From a virus (lineage: Duplodnaviria; Caudoviricetes), in IMG/VR virus record IMGVR_UViG_3300027782_002369, positions 1-58,266 of that record: a stretch of 58,266 bases of DNA, one strand, 5' to 3'. Shown here in pieces: positions 23,978 to 34,469 of this stretch (its first letter is position 1; the number at the start of each line of letters is the position of its first letter). Position numbers and translations under genes: made by a program. The notes beneath the pieces were generated by a model, which had not been told where the DNA came from, did not search any database, and was given only the letters and a program-made list of their open reading frames with translations.

Positions 23978-26515
23978 TTGAGTTCTTTCTATACTAATGT
24001 ACAATGTTTTGGTAATAGTATTCTATATCGAGGCATTAATAATGGTAAGCGGGTAAAAGAGAAAGTTGAATATTCTCCTTCTCTTTACATTCCTTCCAAA
24101 AAAATCACAAACTTCAACTCACTAGAAGGTGATTATCTCGACCAAAAAATCTTTGGTGATATTCGTGCAGCAAGAGATTTCGTAAAACAATTTGAAGGCG
24201 TTTCTAATGCCGGCAAAATCTATGGTCAAACTCGTTTTGAATATGCCTTTATTGCCGACCAACACTCAGGTATGGTTGATTATGACTTTGAGAAAATTCT
24301 TGTTGGTGTAATTGATATTGAGGTTGGTTCAGAGAATGGATTCCCAGACCCATACAAAGCAAATGAACCTATCACAGCAATTGCATTGAAATATCTTAAT
24401 GGTCCAATCTATGTGTTTGGCTGTGGCGACTATGAAGTTCAAGGCAAAGAAATCTATGTGAAGTGTAAAGATGAACATTCTTTATGTAAACAATTCATGT
24501 CCTTGTGGACTGGTAAAACGCCAGACATTCTGACTGGTTGGAATACTAAGTTCTTTGATGAACCCTATATCATTAATCGTTTCCGTAAAATTCTTGGTGA
24601 AGATGCTACCAAGAAGTTATCTCCATGGAATTATATTGGTGAAAGAAAAACTGTAATCAATGGCCGTGAAATGATTGCCTACAATATTATGGGTGTCGAA
24701 TCACTTGATTATATTGAACTATACAAATGGTATGCTCCTGGTGGAAAGTCACAAGAGTCCTATCGCCTCGATGCCATTGCTCAAGTTGAATTGGGTGAAG
24801 GCAAAATTTCTTATGATGAATTCGATAACCTTCATGCCTTGTATCGTTTGAACTATCAGAAGTTTATTGAGTATAACATTAAAGACGTTGAGCTCATTAT
24901 TAAACTAGAAGAAAAGTTAAAGTTGATTGAGTTGGGAGTAACTCTGGCATATGATACCAAAACAAACTTTGAAGATATCTTTGCACAAACTCGTATGTGG
25001 GATTCAATGACGTATGCCTATCTCTTTGAGAAAAGTATTATTGTTCCACCTAGAATCGTTAAAGAGAAATCATCTGCATTTGAAGGTGCCTATGTTAAAG
25101 AAGTTCAGGTTGGTAAACACGATTGGGTGGCATCATTTGACTTGAACTCTTTGTATCCTCATTTGATGATGCAATATAATATTAGTCCAGAAACATTAAT
25201 TGATCCAGAAAACTATACACCAGAAATGCGTGAGATTCTTTCTGATGGTGTTTCTGTTGATAAGTTATTAAGTAAATCTGTTGATACATCAAAACTAATT
25301 GGTGCAACAGTAACTCCTAACGGACAATTCTTCCGTACAGATATCATGGGTTTCTTGCCTAAGATGATGGAAGAAATGTATACCGACAGAAGTAAATTTA
25401 AAAAAATGATGTTATCTGCTAAACAGGAATATGAAAATGAAAAAGATTCAAACAAACTCTACGAAATCGAAAAACGAATTGCAAAATACAACAACATCCA
25501 GCTGGCGAAAAAAGTTTCTCTCAATTCTGCTTACGGTGCTCTTGGTTCTCAGTATTTTCGCTTCTATGATCTTCGCATGGCTCTTGGTGTTACTACTGCC
25601 GGGCAATTAAGTATTCGTTGGATTGAAGCCAAGATAAATGCTTGGATGAATAAAATTTTGGAGACCAAAAATGTTGACTATGTTATTGCTTCTGATACTG
25701 ATTCAATTTACTTACGAATGGGAGAGTTGGTTAGTAAATTTATTAAGGATACATCAGATAAACAAAAAGTAATTTCTCTCATGGATAGAATCTGTGAAGA
25801 TAAGATGCAACCTTTTATTGATAATAGTTATATAGAACTTGCTGATTATGTTCACGCCTATCAACAGAAGATGGAGATGAAACGTGAGGGTCTTTCTGAT
25901 AAAGGTATTTGGACTGCCAAGAAACGATATATTCTAAATGTGTATAACAATGAAGGTGTTCAGTATAATGAACCACAGATGAAGGTGATGGGTTTGGAGA
26001 TGATTAAATCTTCTACACCATCTGCCATTCGTGAAAAGATGAAAGAGGCAATCCAATTAATGGTGAATGGTACAGAGAATGACATTCATATCTTTATTGC
26101 CAAATTCAGAGAAGATTTTCGTAAGTTACCACCTGAGGAGATTTCTTTTCCCCGTGGCTTAAATGGTTTGAATAAATACTCCGATGCCTTATCTTTATAT
26201 AAATTGGGTACACCAATTCATGTTAAAGGGGCTATTTTATACAATAACTTTTTAAACAAAAATAATCTTACCAAAAAATATCAATTAATCCAAGAAGGTG
26301 AAAAGATTAAGTTTACCTATCTGAAGATGCCAAATCCATTCAAAGATACCGTTATTTCATATCCAAATAGGTTACCAACGGAACTAGGGCTTGACAATTA
26401 CATTGATTATGATTTACAATTTGAAAAAGCATTCTTAGAACCAATTAAAGTTATATTGGATTGTATGAAGTGGACAACTGAAAAGGTAAGTAACTTAGAG
26501 GATTTCTTCTCATGA
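23978..26515 (+). CDS. gp43: Family B DNA polymerase gp43
   Basis: DIE exonuclease, SFDLNSLYP, KVSLNSAYG, ASDTDS, AKKRY, C-terminal LEDFF clamp-binding motif; TTG start. Confidence 0.98.
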   Translation: MSSFYTNVQCFGNSILYRGINNGKRVKEKVEYSPSLYIPSKKITNFNSLEGDYLDQKIFGDIRAARDFVKQFEGVSNAGKIYGQTRFEYAFIADQHSGMVDYDFEKILVGVIDIEVGSENGFPDPYKANEPITAIALKYLNGPIYVFGCGDYEVQGKEIYVKCKDEHSLCKQFMSLWTGKTPDILTGWNTKFFDEPYIINRFRKILGEDATKKLSPWNYIGERKTVINGREMIAYNIMGVESLDYIELYKWYAPGGKSQESYRLDAIAQVELGEGKISYDEFDNLHALYRLNYQKFIEYNIKDVELIIKLEEKLKLIELGVTLAYDTKTNFEDIFAQTRMWDSMTYAYLFEKSIIVPPRIVKEKSSAFEGAYVKEVQVGKHDWVASFDLNSLYPHLMMQYNISPETLIDPENYTPEMREILSDGVSVDKLLSKSVDTSKLIGATVTPNGQFFRTDIMGFLPKMMEEMYTDRSKFKKMMLSAKQEYENEKDSNKLYEIEKRIAKYNNIQLAKKVSLNSAYGALGSQYFRFYDLRMALGVTTAGQLSIRWIEAKINAWMNKILETKNVDYVIASDTDSIYLRMGELVSKFIKDTSDKQKVISLMDRICEDKMQPFIDNSYIELADYVHAYQQKMEMKREGLSDKGIWTAKKRYILNVYNNEGVQYNEPQMKVMGLEMIKSSTPSAIREKMKEAIQLMVNGTENDIHIFIAKFREDFRKLPPEEISFPRGLNGLNKYSDALSLYKLGTPIHVKGAILYNNFLNKNNLTKKYQLIQEGEKIKFTYLKMPNPFKDTVISYPNRLPTELGLDNYIDYDLQFEKAFLEPIKVILDCMKWTTEKVSNLEDFFS

Positions 26516-27573
26516 CATTTTTAACATTACTATCGGCATTATTATTATCTGGTATTGCTGCCTATTATTCCGTAATTGGATTGGCAGCAATCTTTACTGG
26601 CGCATTTTGGCCAATCGTTTTTATGGGCTCGGTTTTAGAAATGAGCAAGTTGGTGACTACATCATGGTTATATCGTAATTGGAAAACCTGCCCACTTTTA
26701 TTAAAATCATACTTGACATTTGCCGTTGTCATTCTAATGATTATTACCTCTATGGGTATTTTTGGTTTTTTATCTAAATCACATATTGATTCTACACTAG
26801 ATGCTGGTGCAAATCAAGTAGAAGTAAGAACTCTTAATACACAAGAAAAGATTGCCAAAGAAAGATTGGATTATCTTCTTGCTCGTGCCAAAGATCCGTC
26901 AACGGCCAGCAATCGTTTAGATAAACAAATCCAAGATACACAAAAAGAATTAAATGACATCAGTAAAAAGAAATTACCATTATTAAAAGAATCTAATAAA
27001 CTTGTGGCTGAAGTGGGACCTATCAAGTATGTTGGAGATATGATATATGGTACAGAAGATGCTGATTCAATTGATAAAGCAGTTCGTTTGGTAATCATGT
27101 TAATTATGATTGTATTTGATCCATTGGCTGTGTTATTATTGATAGCTGCCAACATGACTATGCAACAGAAAAGAGAAGGAACTCCTATAGTTAAACAAGG
27201 AGAAATTGTTGGATTAACTGCTAGTGATATTCCTGTTTTTACAGATACCGAGAAACCTGCCGAAGAATTTTTTGAGAAGGCTAAAAAGGTTTTTAGGAAA
27301 TTGGATGAAGATAGAGAAACAGAAGCCTTCAAAAGACATAAAGGTATTTGGAAGAAAAAAGACTTTAATAAAGTTGAAATTCAAAAAGATAATATTACAG
27401 AGATTGAAGAAAAAGAACCGGTAGAAGAACCTATTATAATTGATGATGCTTCAGGTGAATCTATACCTCCAATATCTAAAGGTAAAAGAGGTTTCCCAAA
27501 TAGGAAGTCAAAAGAATTAGAACCTAAGTATGATTATGAAGCGGAGTTAGCATTTAAACAAAAAGGTGAGTGA
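26512..27573 (+). CDS. Membrane protein with coiled coil
   Basis: Three N-terminal hydrophobic segments, ITSMGIFGFLSK, EVGPIKY, VFDPLAVLLLIAAN. Confidence 0.75.
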   Translation: MTFLTLLSALLLSGIAAYYSVIGLAAIFTGAFWPIVFMGSVLEMSKLVTTSWLYRNWKTCPLLLKSYLTFAVVILMIITSMGIFGFLSKSHIDSTLDAGANQVEVRTLNTQEKIAKERLDYLLARAKDPSTASNRLDKQIQDTQKELNDISKKKLPLLKESNKLVAEVGPIKYVGDMIYGTEDADSIDKAVRLVIMLIMIVFDPLAVLLLIAANMTMQQKREGTPIVKQGEIVGLTASDIPVFTDTEKPAEEFFEKAKKVFRKLDEDRETEAFKRHKGIWKKKDFNKVEIQKDNITEIEEKEPVEEPIIIDDASGESIPPISKGKRGFPNRKSKELEPKYDYEAELAFKQKGE

Positions 27574-28652
27574 TGAGTATATTAGATAAAATTAAAAAGA
27601 ATAGTTCAATTAAAGATTCAGCTATTCTATCCAAATCAAAATTCTTTACACAAAAGGATATGATTTCAACTTCTGTGCCAATTATTAATGTAGCACTTTC
27701 TGGTCGTTTAGATGGTGGACTAACACCAGGCCTTACAATGTGGGCTGGTCCATCCAAACATTTTAAAACTGCCTTCTCATTGTTGATGGCAAAATCTTAC
27801 TTGGACAAATATCCCGATGCGGCTCTTTTATTCTACGATAGTGAGTTTGGTACTCCTCAGAGTTATTTTGACAGCTTTGGTATCGATACCGAGCGTGTAC
27901 TGCACACTCCCCTCACAGATATCGAACAACTCAAATCAGACATTATGCAACAACTTTCGATTGTTGATAGGGGCGACCGATTAATTATTGTTGTTGATTC
28001 GATTGGTAATTTGGCCTCAATTAAAGAAGTTAATGATGCAATGGATGGTAAAACTGTTGCCGATATGACCAGAGCTAAATCGGTTAAATCATTATTCAGA
28101 ATGGTTACACCACACCTTTCAATCAAAGATATTCCGATGATTGTAGTAAATCATACTTACATGGAAATTGGAATGTTCCCTAAAGCAATCGTTGGTGGCG
28201 GTACAGGCTCTTATTACTCTGCTGATAACATTTTTGTTATTGGTCGCCAACAAGAAAAAGAAGGTACAGAAGTTGTTGGTTACAACTTCATCATCAATGT
28301 AGAAAAGAGTAGATATGTTAGAGAAAAATCTAAAATTCCTGTTACGGTTCGTCATGATGGTGGTATTAGCAAGTGGAGTGGTTTACTTGATATTGCACTT
28401 GATTCAGGTCATGTTGTTAAACCATCCAACGGTTGGTACTCTAAGGTGGATTCAGACGGTGTTATAGAAGATAAGAAATATCGTATTAAAGATACTGATT
28501 CTTCCGAATTCTGGTTACCAATTCTAAAACAAAAATCTTTCCAAGAGTATGTACAAACCACATACCAAATTGCTTCTGGTAGTATCATGCAAGAAGATAC
28601 TGTTGATAAAGCTTTTGAGTTGGAGACCACAAACGGAGTAGAAGATGATTGA
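27573..28652 (+). CDS. uvsX: RecA-like recombinase UvsX
   Basis: AGPSKHFKT, FYDSEFG, VDSIGNLAS, VGGGTG. Confidence 0.97.
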   Translation: MSILDKIKKNSSIKDSAILSKSKFFTQKDMISTSVPIINVALSGRLDGGLTPGLTMWAGPSKHFKTAFSLLMAKSYLDKYPDAALLFYDSEFGTPQSYFDSFGIDTERVLHTPLTDIEQLKSDIMQQLSIVDRGDRLIIVVDSIGNLASIKEVNDAMDGKTVADMTRAKSVKSLFRMVTPHLSIKDIPMIVVNHTYMEIGMFPKAIVGGGTGSYYSADNIFVIGRQQEKEGTEVVGYNFIINVEKSRYVREKSKIPVTVRHDGGISKWSGLLDIALDSGHVVKPSNGWYSKVDSDGVIEDKKYRIKDTDSSEFWLPILKQKSFQEYVQTTYQIASGSIMQEDTVDKAFELETTNGVEDD

Positions 28653-28965
28653 AGGACTTGATTATTGTTTTATCTACCCAAAAGATGATGGTACAGCAGT
28701 TCACATTCGGTTACTTGAAGGTGAATACAAAGGTACCACTTTTAAATATGGTAAGGTAAAGTTCAAAGAAGAAAATGACCAAGTCTATTTACTTTTTGCT
28801 TATGATGTGTTAGAATCTACAGTAGACAAGCCAAGAAAATTGGAAAAAGATGACAAGTTTAAAAATTACCTAGGTGATTTACTTGTTGAAATTATGGGTA
28901 GTAACATTGAACAGGAAGTAATTGATGAAGTTGGAACAAGCGATACTGAAAAATCTGGTCTATAA
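28645..28965 (+). CDS. Hypothetical protein in the gp40 position
   Basis: Between uvsX and gp41; FKYGKV, LGDLLVEI; gp40 homology not established. Confidence 0.7.
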   Translation: MIEGLDYCFIYPKDDGTAVHIRLLEGEYKGTTFKYGKVKFKEENDQVYLLFAYDVLESTVDKPRKLEKDDKFKNYLGDLLVEIMGSNIEQEVIDEVGTSDTEKSGL

Positions 28966-30304
28966 TGAGGACTATCTAAGAAAAGTTTTACCATTTATTA
29001 AACCAGATTATTTCTCGGACAGAACCGAGAGGACTATTTTTAATGAAATTACATCATTCACGGAATCTTACAATAATCCGCCATCGATTGAAGCGATTGG
29101 AATTGCCATCAAAGAGAGGAACACTCTCACGGATGACGAAGTTAAGAACTGTGAAACTTATCTCCAAGAAATTGAGGCTAATCGCACAGCAGAAGCCGAG
29201 ATTCAATGGCTTGTTGACAAGACCGAAAAGTTCTGCCAAGAGAAGGCGATATACAATGGTGTATTACGGGCTATTTCAATTCTCGATGGTAAGGACAAAA
29301 GCCATGACAAAGGTGCAATTCCCACTATATTATCGGACGCTTTGGCCGTCAGTTTCGATACAACCGTAGGTCATGATTACTTAGAGAACTCTGATGAACG
29401 ATATGAATTTTACCACAGAAAAGAAGAACGTATTCCATTCGATTTGGAATGCTTCAACAAGATTACTAAAGGTGGCCTTCCTACTAAAACTCTTAATATT
29501 GCTTTGGCTGGAACTGGTGTTGGTAAGAGTTTATTCATGTGTCATGTCGCTGCGGGCGCCATGGTTCAAGGCAAGAATGTATTGTATATCACATTGGAGA
29601 TGGCAGAAGAAAAGATTGCAGAACGAATTGATGCGAATCTTCTCAATGTAACTTTAGATGACCTCATTGATTTACCAAAAGATATGTATGACAAGAAGGT
29701 TGCTCGTGTCCGTGAGAAATGTACTGGCAAACTTATCATCAAAGAATATCCAACCGCTTCGGCTTCCGTAACACACTTTAGGACATTATTAAATGAACTT
29801 AATCTTAAACGTAGTTTTGTACCCGATATTATCTTTGTTGATTATCTTAACATATGTTGCTCTTCTCGTATTAAAGCCGGTGCAAATATTAATTCCTATA
29901 CCTATGTTAAATCGATTGCAGAAGAACTTAGAGGTCTTGCGGTTGAGCATAATGTACCTGTGGTTTCTGCCACGCAGACTACTCGCTCAGGATTTACAAG
30001 TAGCGATCCAGGTCTTGAGGACACCAGTGAATCATTCGGACTCCCAGCCACCGCAGACTTAATGTTTGCTTTGATTTCTTCTGAAGATTTGGAAGAAATG
30101 GGACAGATTATGGTGAAGCAATTAAAGAATCGTTATAACGACCCAACTTATTATAAAAGATTTACAGTTGGTGTTGATAGATCCAAGATGAAACTATATG
30201 ATGTAGAACAATCTGCTCAACAAGGTCTTGCTGATGCTGGCCATGTAGGTGCTCATAATAAAATTAAACATGAAAAGAAATCATTTGAAGGCTTTAAAGT
30301 ATGA
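28925..30304 (+). CDS. gp41: Replicative helicase gp41
   Basis: LAGTGVGKS, ITLEMAEE, FVDYLNI, SATQTTR, SESFGLPATAD, KQLKNRY. Confidence 0.97.
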   Translation: MKLEQAILKNLVYNEDYLRKVLPFIKPDYFSDRTERTIFNEITSFTESYNNPPSIEAIGIAIKERNTLTDDEVKNCETYLQEIEANRTAEAEIQWLVDKTEKFCQEKAIYNGVLRAISILDGKDKSHDKGAIPTILSDALAVSFDTTVGHDYLENSDERYEFYHRKEERIPFDLECFNKITKGGLPTKTLNIALAGTGVGKSLFMCHVAAGAMVQGKNVLYITLEMAEEKIAERIDANLLNVTLDDLIDLPKDMYDKKVARVREKCTGKLIIKEYPTASASVTHFRTLLNELNLKRSFVPDIIFVDYLNICCSSRIKAGANINSYTYVKSIAEELRGLAVEHNVPVVSATQTTRSGFTSSDPGLEDTSESFGLPATADLMFALISSEDLEEMGQIMVKQLKNRYNDPTYYKRFTVGVDRSKMKLYDVEQSAQQGLADAGHVGAHNKIKHEKKSFEGFKV

Positions 30305-30867
30305 AAAAAATAAAAAAAGTTACATACCATTATGATGATGGTACAAATGAAACTTTTGATGTGAATAATAATTTCAAAAAAACAGAATTTCGTTCTGGAA
30401 TAACATATGAGCAAGTAAAAGAATTGTTTGAATATGATAAATTAAATGGTGGTCTAATATGGAAAAAAGCCAATAAAAATTTGATTGGAAAAAAAGCAGG
30501 TAGTCAAGAAAAAGAACATGGTTATAATCGAGTTTGTATAAACGGAAAAACCTACAGAGAACACCATGTGGTTTGGTTATGGCATTACGGAGAATTACCA
30601 AATTGTATCTTAGACCACATCAACCAAAAAAGAGATGATAATAGGATTGAAAATCTCAGAAAAAGTGATGCCTCTTCAAATAATGTAAATCGTGGTATAA
30701 TGAAAAATAACACCTCAGGATATACTGGTGTAAAATTTGTGGGCAAAAAATGGTTTGCCGAAATTACTAGAAATAAAAAAACTATACGTCTAGGTAATTT
30801 TATTACAAAAGAAGAGGCTATAATAGCAAGAAAAACCGCTGAGAAAAAATATGATGCAATTAACTAG
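30301..30867 (+). mobile_element. Free-standing HNH homing endonuclease with AP2 domain
   Basis: LDHINQKRDDNRIENLR (HNH); NNTSGYTGV..KKWFAEI..LGNF..EEAIIAR (AP2); overlaps both neighbours. Confidence 0.9.
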
Positions 30868-31963
30868 AGACCAAGCACTTCATTGTGCCAAAGTATTTGA
30901 TGATTACTTTAGTAATATTGGAAGTACCGAAGAATACATGCGTGATGAGAAGCTAAAGAATGTGGCTAATATGCCATCTTCTTTGTTTCCTATTGAAGAT
31001 GATTTGTTCTCTGATTTCTCCATGCACCCAAATGACATGGATATTCAAGTATGTGAAATACCAAATGAAACTTGGGAATCATTACTTGCCATTACCAGTT
31101 CCCACATTAATAAATCTCCAGTTGGTAAAAATATACAATTGGCAGTTATGGAAAAGAACTCAGGAAAGATTCTAGGATTCATTCGTTTAGGCTCACCAGT
31201 CATCTATATGAAACCCCGTAATGACTACCTAGGACAAGTTTGGATTCAACAGGAAGATACTGCCAAACGATTCAATGCTTCTTGTGCCATGGGTTTCGTA
31301 ATTGTACCATCTCAGCCATTTGGATTTAACTATCTTGGTGGTAAACTTCTATCTGCTATTTGTACCAGCCACGAAGTAAGAGAAATCTGTAATAAGAAAT
31401 ATGGTATGAATCTTTGCCTATTTGAGACCACCAGTTTGTATGGTACAACAAAGAACGTATCACAATATGATGGTATGAAACCCTATATTCGTTTTAAAGG
31501 TTTGACTGAATCGGATATTGTACCCATGATGCACGGTCAAAGATACCATGATTTGAAGAACTATGTGGAGAATATTACTGGAGATTTGTTGGCAGGTGAT
31601 ACATCGACCACCAGTAGAAAGTTAAGAACATTTACCAAGATTATTGCCTTAACAAAAGCCGCATTAAAAGGAACAACCGAAGGTAATGCTTTCAACATAA
31701 CGATTGAGAACGCTAAAAAGTTGACAGAAAAGAAAAGATATTATATTTCTGATTATGGATTTAAGAATACAGTAGATTATATGAACTGTAAAACTGACAC
31801 TCTTTTACCTGGTGAAAATTACGATAAACATAAGTTAAGTAATATCATCGACTGGTGGCGGAGTAAAGCTATAAATAGATATGAAACCCTTAGATCAGAG
31901 GGTAGATTAAGAACAGAATTAGAAATCTGGACTTCAGGCAAAGACATTCAAATCATAAGATAA
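30851..31963 (+). CDS. DUF4338/DruA-like protein, paralog 2
   Basis: PVGKNI, LGFIRLGSP, KPRNDYLG, IVPSQPFGFNYLGGKLLSAI, ETTSLYG, SQYDG. Confidence 0.75.
   Translation: MMQLTRDQALHCAKVFDDYFSNIGSTEEYMRDEKLKNVANMPSSLFPIEDDLFSDFSMHPNDMDIQVCEIPNETWESLLAITSSHINKSPVGKNIQLAVMEKNSGKILGFIRLGSPVIYMKPRNDYLGQVWIQQEDTAKRFNASCAMGFVIVPSQPFGFNYLGGKLLSAICTSHEVREICNKKYGMNLCLFETTSLYGTTKNVSQYDGMKPYIRFKGLTESDIVPMMHGQRYHDLKNYVENITGDLLAGDTSTTSRKLRTFTKIIALTKAALKGTTEGNAFNITIENAKKLTEKKRYYISDYGFKNTVDYMNCKTDTLLPGENYDKHKLSNIIDWWRSKAINRYETLRSEGRLRTELEIWTSGKDIQIIR
31870..31877 (+). promoter_or_regulatory. Late promoter TATAAATA
   Basis: Exact match about 90 nt upstream of the 31967 ORF. Confidence 0.6.
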
Positions 31964-31966
31964 GAT

Positions 31967-33583
31967 ATGGTACAAGCTACAAAAGAAAATATCATACGAG
32001 AGTTTAAAAAACTTAAATACAACGATGTGGTTAACTCTGGTAATCCATATTATTCAGTTGGTAAAACTAAATTTGAAATAAGAATACCACCAAAAGCAAG
32101 AGATATTAGAAGAATTTTTTTAAGTGAACTATCAAGTAAACTTTCTAAGTATGAAAGTCTATATGATGATAGGGATGCATACGGTTCAAGTGTTGGTGGA
32201 ATTATATTTAAAAATTCTAAAATAGTGATTATATGTAAATATCATGAAGGATTAAAAAATGAATCATCAGGTAAAGATATTGGATTAAAACCGGCAAACA
32301 TAACTCCTGAAATTGTAGGAAAATGGTTGACACCAGAAATTATTATTAAAAATGTTAAAACTTATTTGAAAACAAATAAAATAATTGACACACCAATGGG
32401 TAAACAAATTTGCCAATTTATGGAAGAATCTTTAAATTCAAGAAATGATAAAATTAAAGTGCCTGGATCATTAGATGAGGTATTAATTCCTGCAGAATTT
32501 GTGGAAGTTTTAACAGCTATAAGAATGGTTACTAAATTAAGAAGAAACGATAGAAAACTATTAAACGATATATGCACATCACCACAAAAAGCGGGAATAG
32601 GTCCTTTTTCAAAAAGTAGTCCTTTGTTAATTAGAATTCCAATTGAATCAAATTTTAAATTATATGATTTTGCAATATCTTTTATAAAAGACGATTATGA
32701 AAATATATTTAAAGTTAGTACAAAATCAAAAATAAAAAGTGAAAATACAAATACAGTTAAGTTTGACCAAATATTTGATAATACAAGAGATGTTACTGCA
32801 TGGTTTAGAAAATTAAATTACCATATTAAAAGGAGACAATTTGGTCCAGCTACTGTTGCTTTTTCAGCTTTAAGATTTTATGGACAATCCTTAAAAGGTA
32901 AAGCAGGAGAAAAAGCCACAAAAAATAAACCGGCTGTACCATCAAGACCAGATGAAAAATATGCAGGTAAAGTAAAAGTTGGTTTTCCTATTGATGCTGT
33001 TGGACATTTATTGACTAGAGGATTGGATGTTGCAAATCTTTCAACTGTCATTAGTTCAAGAAGTAAAATTAAAGATAGTAAAACAGGAGGATTTAAAACT
33101 CCAACAAAAGAAGAAATTAAAGCTTTTGGAATTGTTTGTCAAATGATAACCAGAAATATCTCTGGTTTAAACACAAAATCTATGATTAATTCTTTTTTTA
33201 CAACTGATAAAAAATATCAAAAATATGCAGTTATTGCTGCAAATTTAATAAGCACAAACAATAATGAGGGTGGAAAAGGATTATCAAGACCAGCTCAACC
33301 TACTCTAATAAATTTAGGCAAATATTGTGAAAAAATATTAGAATGGGCTTCCAAAAGAAATTCTGCAACAAAACATAATTATTTTAGAATGTTTTTTCAA
33401 AAAGTTTTACAACAAAGAGAAGTAATATATGCAGTATCAAAATCTGAGGTCGTTGGTAGAAAAGAAAACAAAATAACATATGTGTATTTTCAATATAGAA
33501 CTGTAAATAATTGGCTTAGAGAATATGAAACTTGGATTGAGTTGAGGAAAAAAGACGGAGACGCTTTAGGATTGGCGGTATAA
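31967..33583 (+). CDS. Large basic hypothetical protein, possibly nuclease-like
   Basis: 538 aa, K-rich, very A-rich codons; EFVEV...SNFKLYDF...KVSTK resembles PD-(D/E)xK spacing. Confidence 0.6.
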   Translation: MVQATKENIIREFKKLKYNDVVNSGNPYYSVGKTKFEIRIPPKARDIRRIFLSELSSKLSKYESLYDDRDAYGSSVGGIIFKNSKIVIICKYHEGLKNESSGKDIGLKPANITPEIVGKWLTPEIIIKNVKTYLKTNKIIDTPMGKQICQFMEESLNSRNDKIKVPGSLDEVLIPAEFVEVLTAIRMVTKLRRNDRKLLNDICTSPQKAGIGPFSKSSPLLIRIPIESNFKLYDFAISFIKDDYENIFKVSTKSKIKSENTNTVKFDQIFDNTRDVTAWFRKLNYHIKRRQFGPATVAFSALRFYGQSLKGKAGEKATKNKPAVPSRPDEKYAGKVKVGFPIDAVGHLLTRGLDVANLSTVISSRSKIKDSKTGGFKTPTKEEIKAFGIVCQMITRNISGLNTKSMINSFFTTDKKYQKYAVIAANLISTNNNEGGKGLSRPAQPTLINLGKYCEKILEWASKRNSATKHNYFRMFFQKVLQQREVIYAVSKSEVVGRKENKITYVYFQYRTVNNWLREYETWIELRKKDGDALGLAV

Positions 33584-33590
33584 GGACAAT

Positions 33591-33869
33591 ATGGCACTAA
33601 TAGACTTTGATAAACTCGCACAAGAATTTGACATTGAAGATGACTTTGGGTTCTCTGCTGTATCTGAAGCCGAATATAATTCAGTCGTTAATAAAACTGC
33701 TGAAACGGCCGAAGATTATAAAGCCAGATTAACTGAAGTTGAAAAGATGATTATTCCTTTTCTCACCAAATTACATTCGACTGGAGATAAAGAATATATA
33801 TATTGGCCTAACCGTAAACCCGCTATTGAAAAGCAAATAGAAAAGATATTGAAACTGACTAGAGGTTAA
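33591..33869 (+). CDS. Conserved hypothetical protein
   Basis: DDFGFSAVSE, IIPFL, KEYIYWPNR; AAGGA RBS. Confidence 0.8.
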   Translation: MALIDFDKLAQEFDIEDDFGFSAVSEAEYNSVVNKTAETAEDYKARLTEVEKMIIPFLTKLHSTGDKEYIYWPNRKPAIEKQIEKILKLTRG

Positions 33870-33872
33870 ATT

Positions 33873-34469
33873 ATGAAATTTTATAATGATGTGAGAAACA
33901 AAATTGGTCCTCTTAGACAACGTGGTTTTGATTATATTTTTGAATATTTAAAAACTATAAAAAATCCATTAATTGTGGAAACTGGTTGTGCCAGAGAAGA
34001 AAATAATTATGAAGGTGATGGCCAAAGTAGTTTACTTTTTGACCAATACACTAAAGAATATGGTGGCCAATTTTACACCGTAGATATTTCAAAAGAAAGT
34101 GTTAAATATTGTCGTAGTAAAATGATTAATGAAAAAAGTTCGGTTAACTTAGGTGATAGTATTCTATATCTAAAAGAACTTAATAAATGGTTATTATCAA
34201 AAAATGAAAAAATTGATTTTTTATATCTCGATAGTTTTGATGCCCCTAAAAATGATCCAGATACAGTTTTAACTAGTGCTCTACATCATTTATATGAGTT
34301 TACTACAATACTACCTTCATTAAAACCAGGATGTTTAATTGGTGTTGATGATTGTTGGCCATCGGGAGATTCAATTTCAGGCAAAGGCACATTTGTTGCC
34401 GAATATATGAATAAAATCAACATTAAGCCTTCTCTTGTATTTCACCAAACATTCTGGAAATTATTATGA
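33873..34469 (+). CDS. Class I SAM-dependent methyltransferase
   Basis: IVETGCAR, YTVDI, IDFLYLDS, LIGVDD, GKG. Confidence 0.8.
   Translation: MKFYNDVRNKIGPLRQRGFDYIFEYLKTIKNPLIVETGCAREENNYEGDGQSSLLFDQYTKEYGGQFYTVDISKESVKYCRSKMINEKSSVNLGDSILYLKELNKWLLSKNEKIDFLYLDSFDAPKNDPDTVLTSALHHLYEFTTILPSLKPGCLIGVDDCWPSGDSISGKGTFVAEYMNKINIKPSLVFHQTFWKLL

Noticed and set aside
23978-26515. Intron or intein in gp43 (also checked gp41, uvsX, gp46)
   Set aside because: ORFs are continuous and of normal length with no splicing motifs
28645-28965. Calling this gp40
   Set aside because: Only the position matches; I cannot recognise sequence similarity
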